From positions 608,001-672,000 of the forward strand of contig BK006946.2 in the NCBI GenBank assembly GCA_000146045.2: a stretch of 64,000 nucleotides of DNA, in the 5' to 3' direction. The notes under the pieces were generated by a model that was not told the origin of the DNA, made no database searches, and saw nothing but the letters and a program-made list of their open reading frames with translations. Shown here in pieces: positions 46,034 through 57,844 of this stretch. The translations under genes were made by a program, and so were the position numbers. The stretch comes from TPA_inf: Saccharomyces. Its lineage: Eukaryota. The number at the start of each line of letters is the position of its first letter. Within the stretch, counting starts at the first letter, position 1.

Positions 46034-46417
46034 ATGTCTTCAAACTATGCCACTCCTTTAGACGATGAGGTGTTTCCCTTATCTTTTGCCAATTATCAAT
46101 TTACCGAGCATGTGTCACTTGGTGAGCATTATTCACTCAATACTTCGGAAGATGCCAAATATAATAATTTGAATGGTCCTTTCGTGGTACCGAGAGACAC
46201 CGGGAAGTTCGATTTGAACACAAGTTCTGCCTCGGACGAGACTGTGTTCTCGTTAGATAACCCTCAAGAAAACAACTACAAACACCAAGCCATGAATAAC
46301 GTCCAGGATTGTCGCATGGCCGTCGCGGCCAAAACTACCCAGTCGTGTGATAAATTGACCGATCTTTATGCCAATGCCGCCCAACAAAACTACAGATTGT
46401 GGCTGTCTTCATTTTAG
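46034..46417 (+). CDS. ICY1: ICY1 (YMR195W), 127 aa, unknown function.
   Basis: 127-aa ORF at the expected position. Confidence 0.82.
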   Translation: MSSNYATPLDDEVFPLSFANYQFTEHVSLGEHYSLNTSEDAKYNNLNGPFVVPRDTGKFDLNTSSASDETVFSLDNPQENNYKHQAMNNVQDCRMAVAAKTTQSCDKLTDLYANAAQQNYRLWLSSF

Positions 46418-47075
46418 AATAACGATTAAGGAATGATAATCAAAAGAAAAAAACAATCTACCTACATATATATGCACTCAACATACATAAATACACACGC
46501 ATTATTGTTTCTATAAACTTCCAACAGACAATATTCCCATACAAACATCAACTAACTGATTTCCTCTTCATACGCGTTCGCTTCACGTGATGTTCCTTTT
46601 CCATTGAAAGGAGAGCTCATCACAAGAGTTACAATGGGAGTGGCGGCGCACCGTCTGCTGACAAGAATAAGTGTAAGACCAGCTACCGGAAGAAAAAAGA
46701 AAATAAAATGGATACTCTGTGTCTCCGAATGCCCCTATTTGTTGTATCCATTGATTGTTATCCTGTCTTCTTCTTTCTTTAGTTTAAATCTTTAGCGATT
46801 CAGATCCAATTGAACAAAAAAAAGGCTAGATCAAAAATAAGGGGTAAAACATCATCTTGCGGGGCTAACCCAGATCAAAAGCGGCAAGCCAAGAAAACCT
46901 GTTTGATAACACTGTAATATATATATATATATATACTATACGATCGTACCTTGGTATCCACCGCTTTCTCAGCACCTCCAAATTTCTAAAGTGCAACTAA
47001 AGAGTCTTGTCAAGTATTCTTTTACTAGTGTTAAGACCTTGTATTGGTAAGAGATAGCAAGTCTAAACAGCAACA

Positions 47076-50000
47076 ATGAACAAGCTAAGAGACAAATTTG
47101 TAGATTCTACAGTAGAAGAAGAAAGATTGCGTGAAAATCGAAATCATGAGAAATACTGGTATCGTTGGGGTCCCTACTTGAGTGAAAGAAGCTGGGCGAC
47201 AGTCCGTGAAGATTATTCTTTAAACGGTGATGCTTGGAGCAATTTTCCTTTCGAACATGCCAATGCAAGAGTATTCCGTTGGGGTGAAGATGGATTATTT
47301 GGTGTCTCAGATAACAAACAATTGGTGTGTATGAATGTCGCTCTGTGGAACGGTAAAGATGAAAGATTGAAGGAAAGGTTGTTCGGGTTGACTGGGCCAC
47401 AAGGGAACCATGGTGAGGATGTTAAGGAATTGTACTTTTACCTGGACAATACTCCCACTCATTCATATATGAAAGCTTTATACAAGTATCCCTTTAAAAA
47501 GGCCTTTCCATACAAAGAATTGGTGCAAAAGAATGGTGAAAGGGGATACGAGGATAAAGAATTCGAAGTTTACGATATAGATGGGCTATACCGTGATAGT
47601 GAAACCGGTGACAACCCTTATTTCGATGTTTTTTTTGAAATGGCAAAGGATGACGAAAACCCTAGTGAACTGAACTTTCGGCTAACTATACATAATCGAA
47701 GTAAAATCGACTCTGGTGAGCTCTACATAGCTCCCCAACTTTTCTTCAGAAATACTTGGGCTTTTGACGGTACTAGAACAAAGGACAAGCCCTTGCTTGA
47801 AAGAGATGCAGAAGCAGCGAACTTAATCAATATGACTCACAAGAAATATGGTAATTGCCAAATGGTCTTTCAGCCATCTCCAGGTGGGTTCTCTTCCGGT
47901 ACAAACGAGGAAGAGGAAGATAAAGAGGTAGAAGATATAGATCCTCTGCTGCTATTTACCGATAATGAGTCCAATTTAGTAAAACTATTTAACGAAGAAA
48001 AGAATCCTTCCGAGTACACAAAGGATGCTTTTGAAGAATATCTTGTTCAAGGCAAAACCGATGCTGTAAATCCTGAAAATAAAGGAACAAAGGCCTGCGC
48101 AGTATATCACTTCAAAAATATTCCGCCCGGAGAGTATGTTACTGTGAGATACAAATTTACAAATGACCCAAAAAACTCTATCTTTAAGGCACAAAACCTG
48201 GCTGTCGTAGATGAAGATGAGTTTGATTTGATTTTCGATAACAGAGAGGAGGAAGCTGATAACTTCTACTGGAGGATTACACCTTTGCCAATCAGTGATG
48301 AATTAAGAAACCTTCAAAGACAAGCTTTTTCTGGTTTGCTATGGACTAAACAGTTCTACAATTTTACATATGATGCTTGGTATAATGGTGACGCCAATGT
48401 TAAGCCTCGCCCTCCCCCTAATAGAGCTAATGGCAGGAACAAGAACTGGAAGCACCTTTACATCGAAGATATCTTATCAATGCCCGACAAATGGGAGTAT
48501 CCATTTTTTGCTTCATGGGATACTGCGTTTCACTGCATTCCTTTAGCTATGATTGATCCAGAATTTGCAAAACGGCAATTGGATTTATTAACCAGAGAGT
48601 GGTACATGCATCCTAACGGTCAAATTCCGGCATACGAATGGAACTTCAATGACGTAAATCCACCAGTCCATGCATGGGCTGTGTATCGTGTTTTCAAGAT
48701 CGAAAGAAACATGTACAACCGTGAAGATCGTACATTTTTAGAACGAGTTTTCCAGAAGCTTTTGTTAAATTTTACATGGTGGGTCAACAGAAAGGATACT
48801 GAAGGTAAAAATGTTTTTGAGGGCGGATTTTTGGGTCTTGATAATATTGGCGTTTTCAACAGATCAGAACCACTACCCACTGGCGGTACGCTTGAACAGG
48901 CTGATTCTACAGGTTGGATGGCCTTTTTCAGCCTTCAAATGCTAAATATTGCATTAGAGCTCGCCAAAGAAAACCCGGTTTATGAAGATATTGCCTCTAA
49001 ATTTTTTGAACATTTTATCTTAATCAGTGACTCTATGTCCTTTGAATACGCTACTGATATTACGGGAGAGAAATGTAAAGAAGTTATCAAACAAAACCTA
49101 TGGAATGAAGCAGACAAATTTTATTACGATGCCATCTCTTGGGGTGACCACAAGGTGCAACTACCAATAAGATCTCTCGTGGGATTGATCCCACTATATG
49201 CTTCTATGACTTTAGAGCCTAGTATCATAAAACAATTCCGCGGTTTCAAGAAGAGGGTTGATTGGTTTGTGAACAACCGTCCAGAAATCTTTGATAGAAA
49301 CATTGCGTCCATGTCAAAAAAAGGAGTGGGAGAAAGACTACTTTTATCCCTAGTTACTAAGGAAAGATTAACAGCCATACTGTCACGTTTGCTGGATGAA
49401 ACTGAGTTTTTGTCACCATATGGTATTAGATCTCTTTCCAAATATCATGAGAAGCACCCATTCGAAATGAATGTAAATGGTGTCGAATATATGGTCAAAT
49501 ATTTGCCGGGCGAATCAGACTCGGGTATGTTCGGCGGTAATTCTAACTGGAGAGGGCCCATTTGGTTTCCTACCAGCTTTTTAATAATGGAAGCATTACA
49601 AAGGTTTTACCTGTACTACGGTTCCGACTTCAAAGTAGAGTGTCCCGTAGGTTCAGGAGATTATTTGAATCTTGCTGAAGTTGCCGAAGAACTTGGATAT
49701 CGTATGATTCACTTATTTGTTCCAGACGAAAACGGGGAGCGCGCCATTCATTATGGTGATCACTCTAAGTTTCTGTCTTCTGATCCATATTTCAGGGATT
49801 ATGTGCCATTTTTTGAATACTTTGACGGTGATACTGGAAGAGGGCTTGGCGCTTCACACCAATGTGGTTGGACTGCTCTTGTGGCCAAATGGATAAGTGA
49901 TGTAGGTATATCCTGTGTAAGACTACCTCGTACGCCAAGATCATCTGTGGCAACGACCGCTTCAACAGAGAGCTCTGAGCAAGGTCCCAAAATGAAGAGA

Positions 50001-50342
50001 ATGGCAAGACGTAAGAGTGCAAAGTCTTTGGTAAACTACACTGCCACCATTTTGGACTTAACCGAAGAAGAAAAGCGCCATCATAGGATAGGGGGCACCC
50101 ATTCTGGGTTGACACCACAAAGCAGCATTTCAAGTGACAAGGCTAGACATTTGATGGAGGAAATGAATGAAGAGGAAGGTATTCACGAAACTGTGGTACC
50201 TGAAGATCGTCACAACTTTGAAACCAAGCTTATAGGCAAGCTAAAAGATAAGGTGAAAAATATGAAAGTAACTGACAAGGCTAAAGATGAGGATATAGAC
50301 CCAATGGACCCAATGAGTCCGTTGAATAAGGATGTGTCTTGA
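47076..50342 (+). CDS. YMR196W, uncharacterised 1088-aa protein with GH63-like (alpha/alpha)6 glycoside-hydrolase homology, related to bacterial mannosyl- and glucosylglycerate hydrolases.
   Basis: 1088-aa ORF. Assignment from synteny and length. Family membership is recalled, not computed. Confidence 0.85.
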   Translation: MNKLRDKFVDSTVEEERLRENRNHEKYWYRWGPYLSERSWATVREDYSLNGDAWSNFPFEHANARVFRWGEDGLFGVSDNKQLVCMNVALWNGKDERLKERLFGLTGPQGNHGEDVKELYFYLDNTPTHSYMKALYKYPFKKAFPYKELVQKNGERGYEDKEFEVYDIDGLYRDSETGDNPYFDVFFEMAKDDENPSELNFRLTIHNRSKIDSGELYIAPQLFFRNTWAFDGTRTKDKPLLERDAEAANLINMTHKKYGNCQMVFQPSPGGFSSGTNEEEEDKEVEDIDPLLLFTDNESNLVKLFNEEKNPSEYTKDAFEEYLVQGKTDAVNPENKGTKACAVYHFKNIPPGEYVTVRYKFTNDPKNSIFKAQNLAVVDEDEFDLIFDNREEEADNFYWRITPLPISDELRNLQRQAFSGLLWTKQFYNFTYDAWYNGDANVKPRPPPNRANGRNKNWKHLYIEDILSMPDKWEYPFFASWDTAFHCIPLAMIDPEFAKRQLDLLTREWYMHPNGQIPAYEWNFNDVNPPVHAWAVYRVFKIERNMYNREDRTFLERVFQKLLLNFTWWVNRKDTEGKNVFEGGFLGLDNIGVFNRSEPLPTGGTLEQADSTGWMAFFSLQMLNIALELAKENPVYEDIASKFFEHFILISDSMSFEYATDITGEKCKEVIKQNLWNEADKFYYDAISWGDHKVQLPIRSLVGLIPLYASMTLEPSIIKQFRGFKKRVDWFVNNRPEIFDRNIASMSKKGVGERLLLSLVTKERLTAILSRLLDETEFLSPYGIRSLSKYHEKHPFEMNVNGVEYMVKYLPGESDSGMFGGNSNWRGPIWFPTSFLIMEALQRFYLYYGSDFKVECPVGSGDYLNLAEVAEELGYRMIHLFVPDENGERAIHYGDHSKFLSSDPYFRDYVPFFEYFDGDTGRGLGASHQCGWTALVAKWISDVGISCVRLPRTPRSSVATTASTESSEQGPKMKRMARRKSAKSLVNYTATILDLTEEEKRHHRIGGTHSGLTPQSSISSDKARHLMEEMNEEEGIHETVVPEDRHNFETKLIGKLKDKVKNMKVTDKAKDEDIDPMDPMSPLNKDVS

Positions 50343-50544
50343 TTAACTGCGGTGAACCTTCAATATCTGTACGTTTGAAAAATATTTCCAACGATATACC
50401 TCTATATTTTGATCTATAGAATATTTAATTGCAGTAGTTTTTTATCAGTAAGGTAGCGTTGATATTACTAGTGAAGGTAACTCTATAGTTCCTTGACATG
50501 TTCTTTAGATTCTAGAGGTTTTTTATTGAATTTGTTTTCCCACC

Positions 50545-51198
50545 TTATTTAAACTTTGAGAACAAAACTAGCAAAATCAATAATATAAGGACTGCGATAA
50601 TGGCATAGCTTATGAATTTATTAGCAACTAGCCTTCTAGTCATTGTTTTTAGTGTCTTTATACTTTTATCCACATATGAATCCGCTTGAAACAAGGTCTG
50701 TCTTGCATTTTCCAAAGTTTCTCTCTGTGACCTTAAATCCATCATTATTTGTGACCCTATTCCTTCAGTTTCATTTGCTATTCTACTGGCATCTTTTAGT
50801 CTATCTCCCGATTTCTGTAAGATTGCATGGTTGCTCAACAACTGTTGCCTTTGGTCATCGTCAATATTAGATGCGTTAAGATCTCCAAAAAGTCTATCAC
50901 GATCGCCTGAGTCTACTAAGGATTGCAGTGGTCGTTTGATATCGCTCTGTATAGTCTTCTTCCATTCTCTTAACTTCGCCTTGTACGTAGCACGTTCTGA
51001 GGCATCGCCTATGCTGTTATTAACTTCTACATCCATCTGATCTAGCAGGTCAAACAACTCATCTTGTTGCTGTTCTACGTGCTTCAGTGTAGTATTTCTC
51101 TGTGATAACGGTTGTGAGGGGGCCTCTGCTAAGCTCGCTTTGGCTTGTTCTAAGGTTGTTTTGAAGTCAGATTCGTATGATATTAATAGGGAACTCAT
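50545..51198 (-). CDS. VTI1: VTI1 (YMR197C), Qb v-SNARE, 217 aa.
   Basis: SNARE heptads and C-terminal TM (YAIIAVLILLILLVLF). Length matches. Confidence 0.92.
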   Translation of the reverse strand: MSSLLISYESDFKTTLEQAKASLAEAPSQPLSQRNTTLKHVEQQQDELFDLLDQMDVEVNNSIGDASERATYKAKLREWKKTIQSDIKRPLQSLVDSGDRDRLFGDLNASNIDDDQRQQLLSNHAILQKSGDRLKDASRIANETEGIGSQIMMDLRSQRETLENARQTLFQADSYVDKSIKTLKTMTRRLVANKFISYAIIAVLILLILLVLFSKFK

Positions 51199-51598
51199 AG
51201 TAAGCCATGCAGCAATGTAAAGAGTGCGGTTGATTCGTTTTATACAACTTAATGTAAAGCTTTACACTTTTCCAAGAATAGTAATTGCCCTATATAGCAC
51301 GACTACTCCACTCCTAACTTTCATTGAAAATTAGACAGTCATGTGATCAGTAATATCGTCCATAGTGATATTTGTTTGTTTACCATTTTTGTTCTTATTT
51401 ACTCTCTAATATGATTCTAGTATATGAAAGATACCACTGTCGTAGCTCGTATCAAAATAAAACTAGTCAGTCGTTGACCATTGAGCATATCGTCCGAGAA
51501 TAAGGCTTTACTGTATTATTTTTTGATATCCACACGTTATTGAGCTCATTCACTGATCGACACATTTAGGCGGCTTTTCCGTTTGGCTGAAGCAACTT

Positions 51599-51605
51599 TG
51601 AAACA
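51599..51605 (+). promoter_or_regulatory. Pheromone response element (TGAAACA) about 140 bp upstream of the CIK1 ATG.
   Basis: Exact Ste12 PRE consensus. CIK1 is known to be pheromone-induced (Ste12/Kar4). Confidence 0.5.
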
Positions 51606-51744
51606 CAACTACGACATTATAATTAAGCGCCTAAATAAGTGAATTTTGTGCCATAGGGTTGGACCGTGTATATATAAGAGCTATTCACTATTTTAATATT
51701 TGTTTTGGCATTTGAAACTCGTTGACATAAGCTTTATTATTAGG

Positions 51745-53529
51745 ATGAATAACTCCAAAATTCCTAAACTTTCCTTTCATAGTGATCCAAACAACGTCAC
51801 TCGAGACTTTCCAAAGACAAAACGACAGAAGGTTCAGAAAAGAGAAATGGATATGATACTAACTCCTAATAACAACAAGCTAAATATATTGCACAGCTCT
51901 GGATCTGGTATACGGCGCTGCTACACTGATGACACCTCCGCTACGTATACTAAGAAACTAACCTTTGGGGGGGACCCCAAGATTATTGAAAGGGTTAAGA
52001 ACAATGAACGTAAGGTTAGAAAAGACATAGATTCACTACTGAATGCTATTTCTGAAATTGAAAAGGAATCTGTTCGTATTCATGCCAGGGAACTACCTGC
52101 AATAACATTAGAATTAGATGCAAAAGTCAAAGCGTGCAGGGAGCTACAAAATGAGATTGATGGACTATCAACGGAGATGGACTTGAAGGATAATCAATGT
52201 GATCTTCAAAGAAAGAATGTTGAGCTATCATCAAAAAATATAGTGTCTATGCATGCAGTAAAAGTACAAGAGTTCGAAAACGATTTAGAGGAAGAGCTAT
52301 CGAATGCCAAAAGGGAGTGGACGTATAAATTAATGGAAGTAGAAAATTTGAAACCTGACGAAAGGTTAACTGACGAAATGCGACAGCTTAAAACAGAATT
52401 CGAGGAGGTCAATAGGAAACTATTCATTCTACAGAATGAAAATGAGAACGAGTGTAAAAACTACAAAAAAGAATTGGACAAGAAATTCGAGATATTCAAG
52501 AAAGTTAAGAACGATGCTAGAATTGAATTAGATGGGGAGCAAGAAAGACTTTCGAAAGTTTTAAAAGACCTACAAGACACCCATGGTGAACTGAAAGAAA
52601 ATATTAAGACGTGTAGAGATGAGTTTAACGATTTTGAAAAAAGGATTGGAGAGGCAGAAGTGAACTTCCATAGCATGGAACTTGCCGTTGTTCCTCTCAA
52701 AAAGAAGCTTGCTTCTACATCACAAGCATTGACGCAAGTGCAGGAGGAGAAGAAGCAAGTCGAAGGAGAAGCAAACAATTGGAAGAAGAAGTACGTTAAT
52801 GAACTAGAAAAGGTTCAACAGGAATTATACACACGACAAAATCTGGCCACTTCAATTGAAGAAATCAAAGGATACACCCGATGCTTTGCGTATGCCAATG
52901 AACGACAAATGCCTGATGAATTCCATATCAACTATGTGGATCGGTGCATTTGCGAGAATAGTGGAGAAAAACGGGTACAAGTATTTGATAGAGTAGTTCT
53001 CGAAGAAATCCATAAGGATCACAAACGCTTATATAACGAATGCATTCCGTTCCTGGAAAAATACATCAGCAAGTTAATTAACTGCAGCATTATAGTGGTT
53101 TCGCAGCAACCCACAGCACCAATGAAAAAGACTTTGCTAAAACAGTTAATTGAGCAGTACGGTGAGAATTATAAGATGACATTGAACATTTTGCATCTTG
53201 ACGGAAGTATTAAACACAGTGACGTTGGATTAGATAACCCAACAGAAATTAGAGATCTGTCACAAGATGAAGAATGCATGAACATTTTAACTTTAGATAC
53301 CAAGTTGGGAAAAGATGAAGAGTCCCATTCAATGAATATATATATCGGTAGTATGTCCACGGTACAGCTGAATAGAGAGCTTGATGATGCTCCCTCAGTC
53401 CTTTCGCATATTCTCACTAAAACAAAGCAGTGCTTTGTCTTCAAGATTAACGCTGGTGAAAACATCGAGAAGGCTCTAGCCTTAGCGGGAAAGCTGAAAA
53501 GAACAATAACATTACCTCAGCTAGATTAA
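51745..53529 (+). CDS. CIK1: CIK1 (YMR198W), Kar3-associated kinesin light-chain-like coiled-coil protein, 594 aa. Start at the internal Met MNNSKIPKLSFHSD….
   Basis: Long central coiled coil. Length matches 594 aa from the Met at 51745. Confidence 0.87.
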   Translation: MNNSKIPKLSFHSDPNNVTRDFPKTKRQKVQKREMDMILTPNNNKLNILHSSGSGIRRCYTDDTSATYTKKLTFGGDPKIIERVKNNERKVRKDIDSLLNAISEIEKESVRIHARELPAITLELDAKVKACRELQNEIDGLSTEMDLKDNQCDLQRKNVELSSKNIVSMHAVKVQEFENDLEEELSNAKREWTYKLMEVENLKPDERLTDEMRQLKTEFEEVNRKLFILQNENENECKNYKKELDKKFEIFKKVKNDARIELDGEQERLSKVLKDLQDTHGELKENIKTCRDEFNDFEKRIGEAEVNFHSMELAVVPLKKKLASTSQALTQVQEEKKQVEGEANNWKKKYVNELEKVQQELYTRQNLATSIEEIKGYTRCFAYANERQMPDEFHINYVDRCICENSGEKRVQVFDRVVLEEIHKDHKRLYNECIPFLEKYISKLINCSIIVVSQQPTAPMKKTLLKQLIEQYGENYKMTLNILHLDGSIKHSDVGLDNPTEIRDLSQDEECMNILTLDTKLGKDEESHSMNIYIGSMSTVQLNRELDDAPSVLSHILTKTKQCFVFKINAGENIEKALALAGKLKRTITLPQLD

Positions 53530-54037
53530 GAAGGCCAGATCTTGTGCGCTACAATCACTTCGTCTCGTTCCCTTACATAAAAAACTTACGTAGCTACATT
53601 GTCGTGCGTGGCATCAACCTAATTATCCTAGCAAAATAAAAGAGAATGTTACGGGACTAACAGGCGGATGTAAATTACTCACTTAAACGCAGCCAAACAT
53701 CATCGAGAACTTAGGGTAGCGTGCCACAAAATTTGCATGAATAAACTTTTGTTTTCCTAATTCGACAGCATTCCCTTGTTCGCAACACTTCACTGATAGG
53801 AAATCGAATAGCGCACACTCTCTTCTGGGACATACCCCAATGCGGTAAAGCCACGAAAACACCGCGCGTAAAGGGGTAAACAAGTCCATTCCTACAACCT
53901 CTTGGAGAAATTCTTTACCTACTACAACCCCGCGCCTGATACTTTCAGTATTCATGACAACTCGAGCCAGATCCCGCTCGTGGGCGTGTTCATTCTGTGA
54001 CGATCCACTAGCGACTTCTTTGTTCAGCCTGCAAGAG

Positions 54038-54097
54038 ACGCGTTCAAGGAAGAATTCGCGATTTTACTTCTTCGAGGGAATCTCGCACCGCGTTAGT
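54038..54097 (+). promoter_or_regulatory. Cluster of MCB-type CGCG elements in the CLN1 promoter: ACGCGT at 54038-54043, TTCGCGA at 54055-54061, CCGCGTT at 54088-54094.
   Basis: Read directly, about 550-600 bp upstream of the CLN1 ATG. CLN1 is an SBF/MBF G1/S target with MCB-like elements. Confidence 0.5.
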
Positions 54098-54643
54098 TAG
54101 TTTCCAACCTTGAAAGCATCGGAGACGCATTTTTGGCGATTTTGCTGGATTGAGCTGAATGGTGCCAGGTCGAGGCTGGGAGGGAGACTAACTCGAAAGT
54201 GACGAAGACTCGAAAATTAAAAAAAAAGATACTGCAGAAGGCAAGATTGAGAATGGAGTAAAGGCAGCGTGGGTCCCCTGTGGAAACCGCAGTTTTCCTG
54301 CGCCAAGTGGTACCGGTGCGAGTGCAGCAATTAATCTCTCGATATTTTCTTAGTATCTCTTTTTATATAAGAATATATTTTGGAATTGGTAATGCTTATC
54401 TTCAATAGTTTCTTAGTTGAATGCACACTTAAGAGCAAATTGGCCAAGGAGTTCTTCGTTCGCTTTAATTTATTTCCTGGTTATTGTCAATTTATTCATC
54501 CCATCTCCCCAGGATAGAAGAAATTAGTGTAATTTTGCTGACAATACATTTTAACGACGATAACAATAATAGCAATTAAATAAAATAGCACTACCACCAC
54601 TCCACTGCTCGTTAGCTATTTCTGTAAAATAAATAAAAAGATC

Positions 54644-56284
54644 ATGAACCACTCAGAAGTGAAAACTGGGTTAATTGTCACTGCAAAGCAGACATATTAC
54701 CCAATTGAATTGTCCAATGCAGAACTACTAACTCATTACGAAACCATACAGGAATATCACGAGGAAATCTCTCAAAATGTGCTGGTCCAATCTTCCAAGA
54801 CAAAACCAGACATAAAATTGATCGATCAGCAACCGGAGATGAATCCTCATCAAACTAGAGAAGCCATAGTAACATTTTTGTATCAACTTTCAGTGATGAC
54901 TAGAGTAAGTAATGGTATCTTCTTCCACGCTGTCAGGTTCTACGATCGCTATTGCTCTAAGAGAGTAGTGTTAAAGGACCAAGCTAAACTAGTTGTAGGC
55001 ACCTGCCTTTGGTTAGCGGCCAAAACTTGGGGAGGGTGCAACCATATTATAAACAACGTCTCCATCCCCACAGGTGGTAGGTTTTATGGTCCCAATCCTA
55101 GAGCTCGTATTCCACGCCTTTCTGAATTGGTTCATTATTGCGGCGGGTCCGATTTATTCGATGAATCAATGTTCATTCAAATGGAAAGACATATCTTGGA
55201 TACTCTGAACTGGGACGTTTATGAGCCCATGATTAATGACTACATTTTAAACGTTGACGAAAATTGTTTGATACAATATGAACTTTACAAAAACCAGTTA
55301 CAAAATAACAATAGCAACGGCAAAGAATGGTCCTGTAAGAGAAAGTCACAATCTTCTGACGACAGTGATGCCACAGTGGAAGAACATATCAGTAGTTCAC
55401 CGCAAAGTACTGGACTAGATGGCGATACAACTACCATGGATGAAGATGAAGAACTAAATTCCAAAATTAAATTGATAAATTTGAAAAGATTCTTAATTGA
55501 TCTGAGCTGTTGGCAATACAACTTGCTTAAATTCGAATTATACGAAATATGCAATGGTATGTTTTCTATAATAAACAAATTCACTAATCAAGATCAAGGC
55601 CCTTTTCTCTCTATGCCCATTGGTAATGATATAAACTCAAACACTCAAACGCAGGTATTCAGCATTATCATCAATGGCATAGTCAATTCTCCCCCATCTT
55701 TAGTCGAAGTTTATAAGGAGCAATATGGTATAGTACCTTTCATATTACAAGTAAAAGATTATAACTTGGAATTACAAAAGAAACTGCAACTGGCCTCTAC
55801 AATAGACCTAACCAGAAAAATTGCTGTCAATTCTCGTTACTTTGACCAAAATGCCTCTTCATCATCAGTTTCTTCTCCAAGCACATATTCTTCGGGAACC
55901 AATTATACTCCAATGCGAAACTTCAGTGCACAATCAGACAACAGTGTTTTCAGTACTACCAACATTGACCATTCATCGCCGATCACCCCTCACATGTACA
56001 CTTTTAATCAGTTTAAAAACGAAAGTGCTTGTGACAGTGCCATAAGCGTAAGCAGTCTACCTAATCAAACCCAAAATGGTAACATGCCATTATCAAGCAA
56101 TTATCAGAATATGATGCTAGAAGAAAGGAATAAAGAGAATAGAATTCCCAACTCATCATCCGCTGAAATACCACAACGTGCCAAATTTATGACGACTGGT
56201 ATATTCCAGAACACAGGAGAACTTACTAATAGAGCGTCTTCGATATCGCTATCGTTAAGGAACCACAATAGCTCTCAACTGTGA
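54644..56284 (+). CDS. CLN1: CLN1 (YMR199W), G1 cyclin, 546 aa.
   Basis: Cyclin box in the N-terminal third and a PEST-rich C-terminus. Length matches. Confidence 0.95.
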   Translation: MNHSEVKTGLIVTAKQTYYPIELSNAELLTHYETIQEYHEEISQNVLVQSSKTKPDIKLIDQQPEMNPHQTREAIVTFLYQLSVMTRVSNGIFFHAVRFYDRYCSKRVVLKDQAKLVVGTCLWLAAKTWGGCNHIINNVSIPTGGRFYGPNPRARIPRLSELVHYCGGSDLFDESMFIQMERHILDTLNWDVYEPMINDYILNVDENCLIQYELYKNQLQNNNSNGKEWSCKRKSQSSDDSDATVEEHISSSPQSTGLDGDTTTMDEDEELNSKIKLINLKRFLIDLSCWQYNLLKFELYEICNGMFSIINKFTNQDQGPFLSMPIGNDINSNTQTQVFSIIINGIVNSPPSLVEVYKEQYGIVPFILQVKDYNLELQKKLQLASTIDLTRKIAVNSRYFDQNASSSSVSSPSTYSSGTNYTPMRNFSAQSDNSVFSTTNIDHSSPITPHMYTFNQFKNESACDSAISVSSLPNQTQNGNMPLSSNYQNMMLEERNKENRIPNSSSAEIPQRAKFMTTGIFQNTGELTNRASSISLSLRNHNSSQL

Positions 56285-56751
56285 CCATTTTCTCATCAAG
56301 CCTACATATATACTTAATTAATAACGGAATACTACGCTTTTCCATCGTAAGTAATAATGACATTCATACTTGACATTTTAATACCAGATAATTTTAATGC
56401 CCACCTACAAACATCTAGCCTCAATATTCTTCACCTGAAACCAGCTGAATAGTAATATACCAATATTCTTTCAACGATTGATATAATTATCATCATGAAC
56501 GGAAAAGATGACGCGATTTTCCAGTATTTTTTTCTTCCTTTCGTTCTAACGTTTGCGGTAAGCAAAGGAGAGTAGTAATTAGCAAACAGTTATAAATAGA
56601 AAGCCTCTCTAAGATTATAGATATATAGTCATACTAAAGCTTGAGATCTCATCTTTTTCGAGAACCTACCGGCATATTAAACTGAAGTAAGACATCATTC
56701 TGAGGAAAGGATCGGTATTATAACCATTATTATTTGTTGCACTTTATTACT

Positions 56752-57522
56752 ATGTGGTCGAAAAAGTTTACATTAAAAAAGCTAATCTTAGGCGGGTATT
56801 TGTTTGCTCAAAAGGTCTATTGTGAAGACGAAAGTAACTCTATATACGGTACCTGGTCATCTAAATCAAATCAAGTGTTCACGGGACCGGGGTTTTATGA
56901 TCCCGTAGATGAACTATTGATAGAACCTTCATTGCCCGGGCTTAGCTATTCGTTCACTGAAGATGGTTGGTACGAAGAAGCTACTTACCAGGTAAGTGGC
57001 AATCCTCGTAACCCAACTTGCCCCATGGCTTCGTTGATTTATCAGCATGGTACATATAACATTTCAGAAAACGGTACGTTAGTTCTGAATCCTATTGAAG
57101 TTGACGGTAGACAACTATTCAGCGACCCATGCAATGATGACGGAGTTTCGACTTATTCTAGATATAACCAAACAGAAACTTTCAAGGAATATGCCGTAGG
57201 TATAGATCCTTACCATGGTATTTACACCCTGCAATTGTACCAATATGATGGTACTCCAATGCAACCACTATATTTGGCTTATAGACCACCAATGATGCTT
57301 CCAACAGAAACTTTGAACCCAACATCGTCAGCGACCAGCACTGACGACCCATCCTCTAATAAGAAAAGATCACTGAGAAGTTTAGTGAGGAGGAGCCTGG
57401 AAAACAGACACAAGACGAATGCCATTAAAAGACAAAATACCTCATTTTTAACCTCCAATGCCATTTGGTATATTTCTGCGGGTATGCTAGGTGTAGGTTC
57501 ATTATTATTTTTAGCATTTTAG
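56752..57522 (+). CDS. ROT1: ROT1 (YMR200W), ER membrane chaperone, 256 aa. Start at the internal Met MWSKKFTLKK….
   Basis: Signal peptide and C-terminal TM. Length matches 256 aa. Confidence 0.85.
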   Translation: MWSKKFTLKKLILGGYLFAQKVYCEDESNSIYGTWSSKSNQVFTGPGFYDPVDELLIEPSLPGLSYSFTEDGWYEEATYQVSGNPRNPTCPMASLIYQHGTYNISENGTLVLNPIEVDGRQLFSDPCNDDGVSTYSRYNQTETFKEYAVGIDPYHGIYTLQLYQYDGTPMQPLYLAYRPPMMLPTETLNPTSSATSTDDPSSNKKRSLRSLVRRSLENRHKTNAIKRQNTSFLTSNAIWYISAGMLGVGSLLFLAF

Positions 57523-57844
57523 GCGCACTACAGGGATACTTATTCAACCAATGGGGGAAAGAGGCCCCATGTGGCCTTCAAATAAATATTAAAAACTATA
57601 AACATATAAGGCAAAACAACTTTATCAGGCGAGAAAGAGAAGCAAGAATAGGTGTAATTTTATGCACCCAAGGAATTGATTGTAATCATATTATTAAATA
57701 AGGTGGATGAATAAAAGATTTTCAAACCAGTTTTTCCGAGATAGTTAATTATGTACGAGTGACAAATGGGATATCAATCAATGAACACAATCAAAACACC
57801 TTATTATGACTTTCTTGTTATATTCTTATATACATAACCAACAT

